Source of the DNA: Polyangiales bacterium
Lineage (GTDB): Bacteria; Myxococcota_A; Polyangia; Polyangiales; Ga0077539
Assembly: GCA_044229975.1 (NCBI GenBank)
Contig: JBGARZ010000004.1
Span: forward strand, 64,001 to 128,000
DNA: 64,000 nucleotides
Direction: 5' to 3'
Shown: positions 51,199-60,896 of the stretch, piece after piece
Layout: each line of letters opens with the position of its first letter
Numbering within the stretch: the stretch's first letter is position 1
The notes under the pieces: generated by a model
The model's database searches: none
Seen by the model: the letters and a program-made list of their open reading frames with translations, nothing else
What the model was told of the DNA's origin: nothing
Translations under genes and position numbers: made by a program

Positions 51199-53256
51199 AT
51201 GACGTCGCTCCGCTCGACCCTGGTCACGCTCTGCTCCGTGCTCTTCGTCGCCTGCACCGAGGAGGCCGCCGTCGCGCCGGCGGACGCCAGCACCACCGAC
51301 GTCGCCACCGACGTCACGCCCAACGACGTCGCGACCGACGTCGTGAAGGTCACCGACATCGCATCCACCGACGTGCCCACGGCGGACGGCGGCGCGGCGC
51401 GGTGCAACCCCCTCGCGATCACCAGCGACTGCCTGCTCCCATGGCCGACCGACCTGCTGACGCGCGCCGATCCGAGTACCCCGACGGGTCGTCGACTCGA
51501 CCTCCCCGAGAACGTTCTCCAGGTCCCCCCGCGGGCCACCAACATCGACGTCGTTCCGTTCAATCGCGCCGACGGGGCGCCCTCCACCGCGCCCATCCTC
51601 GTGCACTTCGGCGACGAGCTGGCGGCCGAGTTCCTGGCCAACATCACGCAGACCGCGCGCTCGCTCGAAGCCACGAGCGCCATTGCCCTCTTCGACGTCA
51701 CCCACTCGCGGCGCGTTCCCTTCCTCGCCGAGATGGACGCCAACCACGAGCCCGGCGTCACCAACCGCTCCGCGCTCATCATCCGCCCGCTCGAACCGCT
51801 CCCCTACGGCGCCCGCGTCGCCGTCGCCATCCGCCGCACCATCCGAACGCCGTCGGGCGCCATGCTCGCCGCGTCGCCGGGCTTCACCGCGCTGCGCGAC
51901 GGCACTCCCTCCGCCGACCCGCGCATCGAGGCGGCGCGGCCCGACTACGAGACGCTGTTCACCTTCCTCACGGCGCAGGGCTACGCGCGCGCCGACCTGC
52001 ACCTCGCGTTTTCGTACACGGTGGTGAGCGAGCGCCACGCCCTCGGTCCGGTGACGTCCATGCGTGCCGAGGTGACCCGCCGCGCGATGACCGCGGGCGG
52101 CATCCCCTTCACCATCCAGAACGTTCAGGAGAACCCCAACAGCAACGTCGCGCGCATCGTCACCGGAACCTTCACCCCGCCCAACTGGCTCGACGCGCGC
52201 AACACGCTGACCTTCGCCGCGGATGGCAGCGTGGTCACGCAGTCCAACGCCATCGCGTACCCGTTCACGATGGTCATCCCGGCGCGCGCGCGGCGCGAGC
52301 ACGTCCCGTTGCCGCTGGTGATCTTCGGCCACGGCGTCTTCGGAACGGGCCGCGACTACCTCACGGGCAGCGCCGCGGAGATCATCCACCCGCTGGCCGA
52401 GCGCTCCGGGGCGGTGGTCATCGCCACCGACTGGATCGGCCTCTCCGAGGGCGACCGCAACCTCATCATCCGAGACGTGGTCACCAACATCAACCGCATC
52501 AACCTGGTGACCGACCGGCTGCTCCAGTCCATCGCCAACAACCTCGCGATGGAGGAGATCGCCGTCGGTGGTCTCACGGCCGACAGCCGCGTGCGCTTCC
52601 CCGACAACGCGCTCATCGACCCGACGCGCATCTACTACTACGGCGTGAGCCTCGGCGGCATCCAGGGGTCGTCGCTGGTGTCGGCCTCGCGGCGCATCTC
52701 GCGCGCCGTGCTCGCGGTGCCGGGCGCGTCGTGGTCCAACCTGCTGCCGCGCTCCATCGTGTACGCGCCCATCCGCGCCTTCGTCGACGGCATCTACCCC
52801 GACCCGCTGGTGCAGGCGGAGTTCATCTCGCTGCTGCAATACCGCTTCGACCACGCCGACCCGGCCAACGTCACGCAGCTCCTGCGCTCGACCACCGACC
52901 CGCCCGCGCCGCGGCGCATCCTCGTGCAGGAGGCCATCGGCGACTGCCTCGTCCCCAACATCACGACGGACATCCTCGCGCGCGCCTTCGGGCTGCCGGT
53001 GCTCACGCCCGCCGTGGCGCCGCCCTTCGGGCTGCGAACGGTCCCCGCGCCCTCCACCGAGAGCGCGCTCGCGCAGTACGCCATCACCAACAGCCTCATG
53101 GGCTTCACGCCGCCCATCAACAACACCGTTCCGGTGATGGACAACGGGGTGCACTCCGACCTGGTGTCGCTGCCCAACGTCGGCGACCAGGTGGTCACCT
53201 TCCTGGAGTCGGGCCGCATCGAGCAGACCTGCACCGAGAGCTGCAACCCGGATTGA
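51199..53256 (+). CDS. Lipoprotein, alpha/beta-hydrolase (extracellular lipase-like)
   Basis: Lipobox LFVAC; CLLPWPTD; VIFGHG; YYGVSLGG (GxSxG); GDCLVPN; GVH. Confidence 0.8.
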   Translation: MTSLRSTLVTLCSVLFVACTEEAAVAPADASTTDVATDVTPNDVATDVVKVTDIASTDVPTADGGAARCNPLAITSDCLLPWPTDLLTRADPSTPTGRRLDLPENVLQVPPRATNIDVVPFNRADGAPSTAPILVHFGDELAAEFLANITQTARSLEATSAIALFDVTHSRRVPFLAEMDANHEPGVTNRSALIIRPLEPLPYGARVAVAIRRTIRTPSGAMLAASPGFTALRDGTPSADPRIEAARPDYETLFTFLTAQGYARADLHLAFSYTVVSERHALGPVTSMRAEVTRRAMTAGGIPFTIQNVQENPNSNVARIVTGTFTPPNWLDARNTLTFAADGSVVTQSNAIAYPFTMVIPARARREHVPLPLVIFGHGVFGTGRDYLTGSAAEIIHPLAERSGAVVIATDWIGLSEGDRNLIIRDVVTNINRINLVTDRLLQSIANNLAMEEIAVGGLTADSRVRFPDNALIDPTRIYYYGVSLGGIQGSSLVSASRRISRAVLAVPGASWSNLLPRSIVYAPIRAFVDGIYPDPLVQAEFISLLQYRFDHADPANVTQLLRSTTDPPAPRRILVQEAIGDCLVPNITTDILARAFGLPVLTPAVAPPFGLRTVPAPSTESALAQYAITNSLMGFTPPINNTVPVMDNGVHSDLVSLPNVGDQVVTFLESGRIEQTCTESCNPD

Positions 53257-53288
53257 GTTGACCTCACTGCTCAACTCCATGGGTGTTG

Positions 53289-53554
53289 GGATGAGGGTTC
53301 AGCCCGCTGTGGGGCTGGGGTTTGGGCGTTGGCCCGCACCCCAGGCAATAACAAGCAGGCGCCCCGGACATTGTCCGGGGCTGTCGAACCGGAACTCGTT
53401 CAACCAAACGGTGAATGGCCTGGTGGTCACTCTGGAAGGTCCATCGCGCTCCGGTCCGATAGCCCCGGACCATGTCCGGGGCGCCTGCTTGTTATTGCCT
53501 GGGGTGCGGGCCGACGCCCAAACCCCAGCCCCACAGCAGGTTGCATCCACATCC
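53289..53554. repeat. Long palindromic element, family B
   Basis: 88-bp near-perfect arms 53306-53393 and 53450-53537, a 56-bp centre, and an imperfect outer extension to 53289/53554. Confidence 0.93.
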
Positions 53555-53568
53555 TGGTGCCTTTGGGG

Positions 53569-54780
53569 GTGAGTTCCTTCATCGCAGCCAGCCGCCTGCT
53601 CGCCAGCACACGCGACGTCATCGACGAGCGCTCCGAAGGCGCTGCCCCGCCCGCGTGGTGTGTGCGTCGGGGGTGGGTTCCGTTTCTCGCGGCGCTCGAC
53701 GACGAGGCCGTGCATCGCATGGAGCGCGACGGCCTCGCGGCTCACCTCGACGGCGCACCCGACGACCTCGTCGCGCTCGCGCGGGCCGTGGTGCAGGTGA
53801 CGACGCTCCCGTCGCTCCCGGCGGTGGCGTCGGCGGAGGTCGCGCGACGGCGGGCGTCTCCGCGCAAGCAGGCGCAGGTGGCGGCCTTCGCGACGCTCGT
53901 CGATCGACTCGGCGCGCGCGCATCGAGGGTCGTCGACCTCGGATCAGGCCACGGACACCTCACGCGCCACCTCGCAAGAGAGCTCAGGGTGGAGGCCGAA
54001 GGATGGGAGCGCGACCCGGCGCGGGTGGCGGTGGCGTCGGCGTTGGTGGGCAGTGAGGGCGCGCGCTTCGAGACGGTGGACGCGTACGGGGCCGCGGCGC
54101 GGCTGCGGCCGAGCGACCTCGTGGTGGGGTTGCACGCGTGCGGCGCACTGGGCGACCACGCGGTGACGGCGGCGGGCGAGGCCGGGGCGTCAGTGGCGAT
54201 CATCGGGTGCTGTCTGCAACGGCGGGTGGGTGACCGCGCAGCGCTGGCGGTGGCGGAGGGCGTCGAGGCGGAGGCGCTCACGCTGGGTCGCGCGGTGCTG
54301 GGCATGGGCAACATGCGCGACGGCGAAGAGGGGGTCGAAGCGTCGCTGGCGGTGCGAACAGCGTCGCGGGTTCATCGGCTGGCGTTGCGGCGGGTGCTGG
54401 CGACGGCGGGGCTGGTGGTGGCGCCGGGCGAGGAGATGCACGGGGTCAACCGGCGGCGCGCGACGGGGGCGCTCGATGAGCTGGTGGCGCGGGTGTTCGC
54501 GGTGCGGGGGTTGGCAGTGCCGTCGGCGGAGGTGATCGCGGAGGCCGAGCGGGAAGCGCGCGCCGACCACGAGCGGGCGCGCCGATGGGAGCTGCCGCGC
54601 GCGATGCTCTCGCGGCTGGTGGAGGTGTGGGTGGCGCTCGACCGCGCGGCCTCGCTGGAGCGTCGCGGGTATGCGACGGAGGTGCTGACGGCGTTTGACG
54701 CGTCGGTGAGCCCGCGCAACGTCGCCGTGCTCGGTTGGGCACCCGACGCGCGCGGGAGTGGCGCCTCACGGCCCGGTTGA
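53569..54780 (+). CDS. SAM-dependent methyltransferase (Methyltransf_32/METTL25-like)
   Basis: KQAQV, VVDLGSGHGHL, VVGLHACGALG, IIGCC, FDASVSPRN. Start uncertain (GTG 53569 chosen). Confidence 0.8.
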   Translation: MSSFIAASRLLASTRDVIDERSEGAAPPAWCVRRGWVPFLAALDDEAVHRMERDGLAAHLDGAPDDLVALARAVVQVTTLPSLPAVASAEVARRRASPRKQAQVAAFATLVDRLGARASRVVDLGSGHGHLTRHLARELRVEAEGWERDPARVAVASALVGSEGARFETVDAYGAAARLRPSDLVVGLHACGALGDHAVTAAGEAGASVAIIGCCLQRRVGDRAALAVAEGVEAEALTLGRAVLGMGNMRDGEEGVEASLAVRTASRVHRLALRRVLATAGLVVAPGEEMHGVNRRRATGALDELVARVFAVRGLAVPSAEVIAEAEREARADHERARRWELPRAMLSRLVEVWVALDRAASLERRGYATEVLTAFDASVSPRNVAVLGWAPDARGSGASRPG

Positions 54781-54877
54781 GGCGGAAGGGAGAGAGAGCC
54801 AACACCTCACCGCTCTGCCCGGCGTCGAGCACGGTGGCGCCCGCCGCGATCGGCTCACGACACCGGAGGCCGTCCCG

Positions 54878-56596
54878 ATGCAGAGTCGGCCGATGCCGCC
54901 GTTGCAGTTCGTTCCGAAGCGGGAGTTCTGGTTCGTCTCGGCCTTCGTCAACTCCGCCGCGGTCGACCCGCACGCGTGGGCCCGCGAGCTCGGCGCGCTC
55001 GTCGAGCACCGGCTCCACGAGCTCACCCCGGCAGACCTCCCCCGCATCGCGTGGGACCCCGACCTCGTGCAGCGCACCGTCGCGATGGCCCGCTCGGCGC
55101 GCGCGACGGCCTCGTGGAACCCCTACCTCGACGGCTTCCCCTACTACGAAGAAAACGCTGGCCTGCCCTTCAACAAGCTCGGGTACTTCGAGATCGAGGT
55201 GACCTACTTCCCCGACGCGCCGGAGCGCCGCCGCGAGATCGAGCCCCTGATGGTCCAGCAGCCGCCGACGGTGGTGCTGGAGCGCTTCCGCGAGCGCTCG
55301 GCGATGAAGTCCCACGGCCCCGTGCGGCTCGACCTCGCGTCGCCGGTCTACGTGCTCACCGTGACCGACGAGGCCCTGCCCGAGGCGCCGCCGTGGACGC
55401 GCGCCGCCGTCGACGAGCACAAGCGCTCGCTCGGCCCGTGGATCGAGATCTACTCCGGCGCCTGGCCCGACTACACCGAGGACCTCTTCGACGCGCGGGT
55501 GCGGCACAACCTCTCCAACCGCCTCTCCGAGCTGCACTTCCTTCGGCGCAACTCGGGCTTCGTGTACATGGCGCCGGACAACCTGCGGCGCTTCTTCGAC
55601 GGGTACATGCGGCCCTTCGTGCTGGCCCCGACCGCGCAGCTCCGCGCGATGCACTACGCGCTCATGTCCATCAACGAGTCGCTGGACATCCTGCTGATGC
55701 GCGAGGCGCGCGAGGACTTCGCCGAGCCCGCGCACATCGACGCCAAGCTCCGCAACCTGCGCGCGCTGCGCGGCACGCTCCACATGAAGATGAGCGAGAT
55801 CTACGCGGAGGTCGATCGCAACCACCGGCAGCACTACACCGCGGTGCTGACCCACCTGCTGCGGGAGTTCGCGCTCGGGCCGGAGGGGATCCTCGCGCGC
55901 GTCGCGGAGAAGTTCGACGCGCTCAACGACTCGATGCACCGGCTCTACGAGCGCAAGGGGGCCGAAGTGCAGGAGCGCACCCGCAGCGGCCTCGCCACGC
56001 TGGGAACGCTCTTCAGCCTCGGCGTGCTGTCGGACTTCGCGGCGCTGATGCTGGGCACGCGCACCGGGCTGCTGCGCCACGACCTCGTGACGGGCGCGGT
56101 CAACGGGGCGTTCTCCGCGGTGCTGCTGGTCGTGCTGGTGCTCGCGCTCGTGTCGCACGTGCGCCTGCGGCTCGCCGGCGCGCGCGCGCAGACGGTTGCC
56201 GCCGCCGACGCCGTGGTGCTGGACGGCGCGCGCCGCGTGCTGCTCATCACCCGCAAGACGCCGCCCTGCCGGGGCCAGCTCGCGCTGCCCGGGACCTGGG
56301 TGCCGGGGGGCGTCGAGCCCGAGGAGGCGCTGCGCCGGGCGGTCAAGGACGAGACCAACCTCGACGTGGTCGTCGAGCGCAAGGTCGGGGTCTACGACGC
56401 GCCCGAGCGTGACCCCCGCGGGCGCGTCGTCTCGCACGCGTACCTCTGCCGGCTGGCCACGGAGACCTACGAGATCCGTTGTCACGAGGACGCCGGGGAG
56501 GCGCGCTTCGTTCCGCTCGCCGAGCTCGACGGCGTCGACCTCGCGTTCGACCACGAGGACATCGTCGCGGACGTCACGCGCATCGTCCGCGCGTAG
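54878..56596 (+). CDS. Membrane protein: soluble/helical N-region + 2 TM + C-terminal Nudix domain
   Basis: Two TM segments (GLATLGTLFSLGVL; GAFSAVLLVVLVLALV); Nudix ADAVV..VLLITR..ALPG..RDPRGRVVSHAY..LAFDH. Confidence 0.8.
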   Translation: MQSRPMPPLQFVPKREFWFVSAFVNSAAVDPHAWARELGALVEHRLHELTPADLPRIAWDPDLVQRTVAMARSARATASWNPYLDGFPYYEENAGLPFNKLGYFEIEVTYFPDAPERRREIEPLMVQQPPTVVLERFRERSAMKSHGPVRLDLASPVYVLTVTDEALPEAPPWTRAAVDEHKRSLGPWIEIYSGAWPDYTEDLFDARVRHNLSNRLSELHFLRRNSGFVYMAPDNLRRFFDGYMRPFVLAPTAQLRAMHYALMSINESLDILLMREAREDFAEPAHIDAKLRNLRALRGTLHMKMSEIYAEVDRNHRQHYTAVLTHLLREFALGPEGILARVAEKFDALNDSMHRLYERKGAEVQERTRSGLATLGTLFSLGVLSDFAALMLGTRTGLLRHDLVTGAVNGAFSAVLLVVLVLALVSHVRLRLAGARAQTVAAADAVVLDGARRVLLITRKTPPCRGQLALPGTWVPGGVEPEEALRRAVKDETNLDVVVERKVGVYDAPERDPRGRVVSHAYLCRLATETYEIRCHEDAGEARFVPLAELDGVDLAFDHEDIVADVTRIVRA

Positions 56597-56689
56597 GGGA
56601 GGAGGCTCACACCTCATCCGCCGAGAGCGACGAAGCCGACCGACCGATCAGCGCCTCAGCTTTGGGCCCGGACGGAGCGCGCAGCGGAA

Positions 56690-57710
56690 GCCCATGCGGG
56701 AGCGACCCGCCGAGCCAGCGACAGAACGCCGCCGCCTGCCCCCAGTCGACGCAGTTGATGGGGTGCTCGCGGCGGTCGTAGCGTCCCGCGTTGCACGCGC
56801 CCGTGGCGATGCCGCGGGTGGACGCCTGGTCCGCCGACGAGCAGGAAGCCTCCCGGACGCAGCGCTGGTACGCCGCCGTCGTGACCTCCGTGCAGTCCAT
56901 GCAGTAGGCGCTCAGGTGCACCTGACGCTGCGGGTACTCGTGCATGCTCCCCGTGTTCCCGGCGGAGCCCATCATGAAGGTCGCCTTGGGGATGTGCACC
57001 ATCCCCTCGGGGCACGCGGGTGCCTGCGCCACCACCGGCTCCGCCTCGGCTTCCGCGTCCACCACCGCGTCCCCGGTCGCGGCCGACGGCTCGGGCGTCG
57101 CCGACGGCGAGCCGTTGATCGACACCGCGACCACCCCGACCACCGCGACCGCGACCGCGCCCGGCGATATCTCCGAGCAGCTCGTAGACGTTGTACTCGC
57201 CCTCGGGGACGTTGGCGCTCCGCCAGTAGTGGCGCCCCGTCAGCAGCCAGAACGCCAGCAGCCCCAGCGACCAGACGTCCGTCGGCGGGCCCACCGTCTT
57301 GCCCGCGGCACCCTGCTCGGGGGCGAGCCAGTGCGGTGAGCCCACGACGGTGGTGAGCGTCGCTGAGGCCCGGCCGTCCTTCACGATGCGGGCGATGCCG
57401 AAGTCGAGCTCCTTCACGTCGAGGTCGGCCCCGACCGTCTTCGAAGGGCCGACCATGACGTTCTCGGGCTTGAGGTCGCAGTGGACGACGCCCGCCGCGT
57501 GGGCGGCACCGAGTGCGTGCCCGACCTGCTCCAGCACCGAGTGCGCGACGGCGGGGCCCGCCACGCCGCGGGCCTTCACGAAGGCCGCGAGGCTCTCGCC
57601 CTCCACGAACTCCATCGCGATCCACGGCGTCTGCGTCCCCTCGTCGACGCCCGCGGCCACCACCCTCACGACGTGGCTGCTCCGGATCCGCCCCGCGACC
57701 CGCGCGTCCG
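56690..57710 (-). pseudogene. Ser/Thr kinase - TM - FGE-sulfatase fusion, fragmented
   Basis: Kinase HCDLKPEN, DFGIA, APEQ and DVWSLG, but no Gly-loop or VAIK. Frame change near 57165 into a TM segment and CPEGMVHIP..FMMG..TEVT..HPINCVDW..FCRW, which stops before TEAEWE. Confidence 0.85.
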
Positions 57711-57819
57711 CTTCGCTCACGGTTACTACCAGACGACCATCAACGCGACCGTGGTGGCCCCCTGAATGGGGCGCCGGGTAGTGTCCGAGTTTGAGTCGCA
57801 GTGTTCCCGGTTGAGAACC

Positions 57820-58066
57820 CGCCGCGTCCACACCGGAGTTCACCGTGCCGCCCCCGCGCCCGTCACGCTCGGTTCACTCCACGGCTACTTCACGCGGATC
57901 GCCCCGCCGAAGCGGGGCTCAGGAGGCCCACCTGAGGGCATTCGATCGTCCCTGGGTAGAGGCACTGAGCCCCGCTTCGGCGGGGCGATCCGCATGAAAT
58001 AGTCCGGAGTGAACCGAGCGTGACGGGCGCGGGGGCGGCACGGTGAACTCCGGCGTGGACGCGGCG
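57820..58066. repeat. Long palindromic element, family A copy 3 (diverged)
   Basis: Arms 57820-57922 and 57965-58066 with a few mismatches, 42-bp centre; shares CCGGAGTTC and TGAAATAGYCCGGAGTGA with copies 1 and 2. Confidence 0.9.
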
Positions 58067-58364
58067 AGCTGTCCTGCTTTGGATGCGTAGGAGAAATCGG
58101 TGTCCTCAGGACACCACCGGGCGCCCTCGTCGGTTGACGCTCGCCCCGGCGTGGAGAGACCCTCACACCGTGCCGTACCGCGTCGCTCCGCTGCGCCGCC
58201 CCGGAGGGCCGCGCCCCGATCGAGGTCGATGGTTCGCGCTGCTCGGGGTGTTCGCCGGTGCGGCCGTCGGGCCGTTCGTCCTCCGCGAGCGTCGACCCGG
58301 CGCGCGGCCGGTGTGCATCCGACAGCGGCCGCCGCCCGCGCTCACTGAAGCGCACCGGTGAGCC

Positions 58365-59453
58365 TCAGCGCATCGCGTCCGCCGTCGGGAGCGCTCGCGC
58401 GAGCCACTCCTTCACCAACGCGTGTCGCGTGGCGGCGTCGCCGCTGCGTTCGAGCAGCGCGCGCAGGTCGGCGCCCGTGAGCGCGCCCATCAGCACCGCC
58501 CGCATCGGGTCGGCGCCCAACGCCTGATGAACGCGCTTGCGCCCATCACGGTCGAGGGTCTTTCCACCGAGCACTTCGGACGACCACGCGTTCAAGCGCG
58601 CGATCAGCGTGTCGAGCGCGCGTCCATCGAAGGGCTCTTCATCGGGCGTCGTCGCCTCCGTCGGTCGCGCTGGCAGCGAGGGAGCGCCGCCCCACTCGTC
58701 GAGCACCGTGACCTCTCCCTCCGCCGGAATCTCCACCAGCAGAACAGACCCCCGATAGGCGACCTTGTTCAGTCCGACGGTGCGTACGCCTGCGATGACG
58801 CGCTCGGTGCGCGCGTGCAGGTGTCCGGTGAAGCACACGCGCGGTCGAAGCGCGGCGACGAGCTCGGACTGCCCCTCGCCGACGAGCGTCCAGGTGCGCG
58901 GCTTGAACCCGGGCGGCGCGTGGAGTTCGCTGAACGTCCCCGCCGGAGGCTCGTGCAGGAGCAGCACATCGAGCCGCTCGGTCGCGCGGGCCTTCAGGCG
59001 TTCGAGGTCGGCTTCGACGTAGTGGCGGCGCGCCCACCCCGAGACGCGGACCTTTTCGTAGTCGCGCGGGCCGTAGCAGCCGCCGATGCCACCGACGCGC
59101 AGGGTCTCTACCCCTGCGCGCACCTCGGTGACCTCGCCCCATGGGAGAAACCAGAGGTTCTCGATGAGCTCGTTGGAGGAGCGCGCGGCGAGGTAGTCGA
59201 AGTCTTCGTGGTTGCCCGCGATGAAGATCGTCTTGCGCGGCACGCGCCCGGCGCGAAGCAGTCGGCGAAAGCTGCCGTCCTCGCCGTGCTTCTGCGTGGC
59301 GTCGTCGAGGTGATCGGGGTCGGGCCACACGCCGAAGTCTCCGACGTGCAGCACGCAGGCGACCTCGCGTCCGGCCTCGCGCTCCAGCGCGTCGACGGCC
59401 GCGTACATCTGATCAAATTCCCCGTGGGCGTCTCCCACCGCACAAACAAGCAT
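58365..59453 (-). CDS. Calcineurin-like metallophosphoesterase (Dbr1-like motif set)
   Basis: GDAHG, VGDF, FIAGNHE, VGGIGG, DVLLLHEPP, FTGHLH. Confidence 0.88.
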   Translation of the reverse strand: MLVCAVGDAHGEFDQMYAAVDALEREAGREVACVLHVGDFGVWPDPDHLDDATQKHGEDGSFRRLLRAGRVPRKTIFIAGNHEDFDYLAARSSNELIENLWFLPWGEVTEVRAGVETLRVGGIGGCYGPRDYEKVRVSGWARRHYVEADLERLKARATERLDVLLLHEPPAGTFSELHAPPGFKPRTWTLVGEGQSELVAALRPRVCFTGHLHARTERVIAGVRTVGLNKVAYRGSVLLVEIPAEGEVTVLDEWGGAPSLPARPTEATTPDEEPFDGRALDTLIARLNAWSSEVLGGKTLDRDGRKRVHQALGADPMRAVLMGALTGADLRALLERSGDAATRHALVKEWLARALPTADAMR

Positions 59454-59487
59454 TCGCGTGCGGTGGTAGCTCCCGTCGAGGGCAGGT

Positions 59488-59886
59488 TCAAGCGCGGCGG
59501 GTTCGTGTCCCTGTTCGGGTGGTGGTGGCGCCCTCGACCCGCAGGATGCTCTCCATCTTCTTCCCCTTGGCGAGCTCGTCGACCAGCTTGTCGAGGTAGC
59601 GGATCTTCTGCATCAACGGGTCGGCGACGTCCTCCACGCGCACGCCGCACACGAGGCCCTTGATGAGCCCGACGTTGGGGTTCATCCGAGGCGCGTTGGC
59701 GAAGAAGGTCTCGAAGTCGGTCTTGTCGTCGAGGACGCGCTGAAGCTGCGCGCCCTCGTAGCCGGTGAGCCACGCGATGACCTCGTCGACCTCGGCCTTC
59801 GTGCGCCCCTTCCTCTCGGCCTTCTTCACGTAGAGCGGATACACGCTCCCAAACGACATCGTGTAGATGCGGTGCTTCTTGTCCAT
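59488..59886 (-). CDS. DUF2200-family protein
   Basis: [50 protein letters not shown]. Confidence 0.92.
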   Translation of the reverse strand: MDKKHRIYTMSFGSVYPLYVKKAERKGRTKAEVDEVIAWLTGYEGAQLQRVLDDKTDFETFFANAPRMNPNVGLIKGLVCGVRVEDVADPLMQKIRYLDKLVDELAKGKKMESILRVEGATTTRTGTRTRRA

Positions 59887-59986
59887 GCGCGTCGGATCAC
59901 CGATAGCAGCGGGCGCAAGTCGGCACCAAGATCGTGTCCGCGCGGGGATCTCACGATGCCGGCCGACCGCGGCGTACGATCTCGGG

Positions 59987-60751
59987 ATGCGTGATCGAGA
60001 CGGCAAACAGATCCTGAGGCTGCCGCTCTTCACCCGATCGCCGAGCACCATGAGCGCGGTCGAGCTCGCGATGGCTGCGGTCGAGGACATCCACCGCGTG
60101 AAGCTGGTGCTCGCGGAGTTCGATCGCGGTGGCCGGGTACCCGACGCGGAGGCGGCCGCCGTCGTGATCCGCGCGCACGAGGAGGACAGCATCGAACCGT
60201 GGTGGGCCGCGGCGCTCCTCGGGCGCATCGGACACCCGAGCGGGTACGCGGTGGCGCTCGCGATCCTCGGGCCAGAGTCGGGGCGGGCGACGTCGTTCTA
60301 CGCAGAGGAGGCCGTCGCGCGGTTGGGCGGTGCGGGGGGCGCGGTCGACCTCCTGCCGTGGCTCGACGAGGAGCCCGCGGAGCGGCGCCAGGCTGCCGTG
60401 CGGACACTGGGCCTGGCTGGTGCTCGCGATGCGTTGCCGATGATCTGTGAAGCAGCGCTCGCGGGGCGTGTCGGGTACCGCAGTGCGTGGGTCGCGCTGG
60501 TGACGCTCGACGTGGACGACGCCACGGTCGCGTCGTGGCTGCGGTCGGAGGACAGCGCCGCGGTCTACCTCGGATGCGAGGTGGTGTTCGAGCGGCTGGA
60601 GCGGAGGCCGGGGACAGCGTGGCGACGCGCGGCGCGACAGCCCGGGAGCGAGCTCGCGCCGTGGGTTCGCGCGGCGTGCGGGCGCGCGGACGTGAAGCTG
60701 CTGCGGTACGAGCGAGAGGCGCTGATGACGTGGGCCGAGCAGGCGCGCTGA
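59987..60751 (+). CDS. HEAT-repeat-like hypothetical protein
   Basis: [39 protein letters not shown]. Start uncertain. Confidence 0.6.
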   Translation: MRDRDGKQILRLPLFTRSPSTMSAVELAMAAVEDIHRVKLVLAEFDRGGRVPDAEAAAVVIRAHEEDSIEPWWAAALLGRIGHPSGYAVALAILGPESGRATSFYAEEAVARLGGAGGAVDLLPWLDEEPAERRQAAVRTLGLAGARDALPMICEAALAGRVGYRSAWVALVTLDVDDATVASWLRSEDSAAVYLGCEVVFERLERRPGTAWRRAARQPGSELAPWVRAACGRADVKLLRYEREALMTWAEQAR

Positions 60752-60772
60752 GCGCCGCGGAATGGGACTGCG

Positions 60773-60860
60773 CGTCGGTTGGGGGTGGCGCAGCCCGTTG
60801 TGCCGGCTGGGGTGCGGGCCAACGCCCAAACCCCAGCCCGCGCGCCACACCCAATCGACG
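60773..60860. repeat. Hairpin containing a solo family-B motif
   Basis: 60807-60839 ctggggtgcgggccaacgcccaaaccccagccc matches the family-B arm, enclosed by the stem cgtcggttgggggtggcgc / gcgccacacccaatcgacg; lies between convergent genes. Confidence 0.8.
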
Positions 60861-60896
60861 CTCATTGCACGCCGCGCGCGATGCGCTGCTCCCTCT

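Noticed and set aside
49969..53280. 1103-aa ORF as one protein
   Set aside because: Only the last 369 aa (from ATG 51078) are the alkylation-repair protein; the rest is antisense to the lipase-like gene.
53329..53568. N-terminal extension of the methyltransferase (likewise prfC from 22778)
   Set aside because: These extensions run through palindromic elements or intergenic DNA and are not protein-like.
58067..58364. Short ORFs between palindrome copy 3 and the phosphoesterase
   Set aside because: No recognisable motifs or consistent coding signal.
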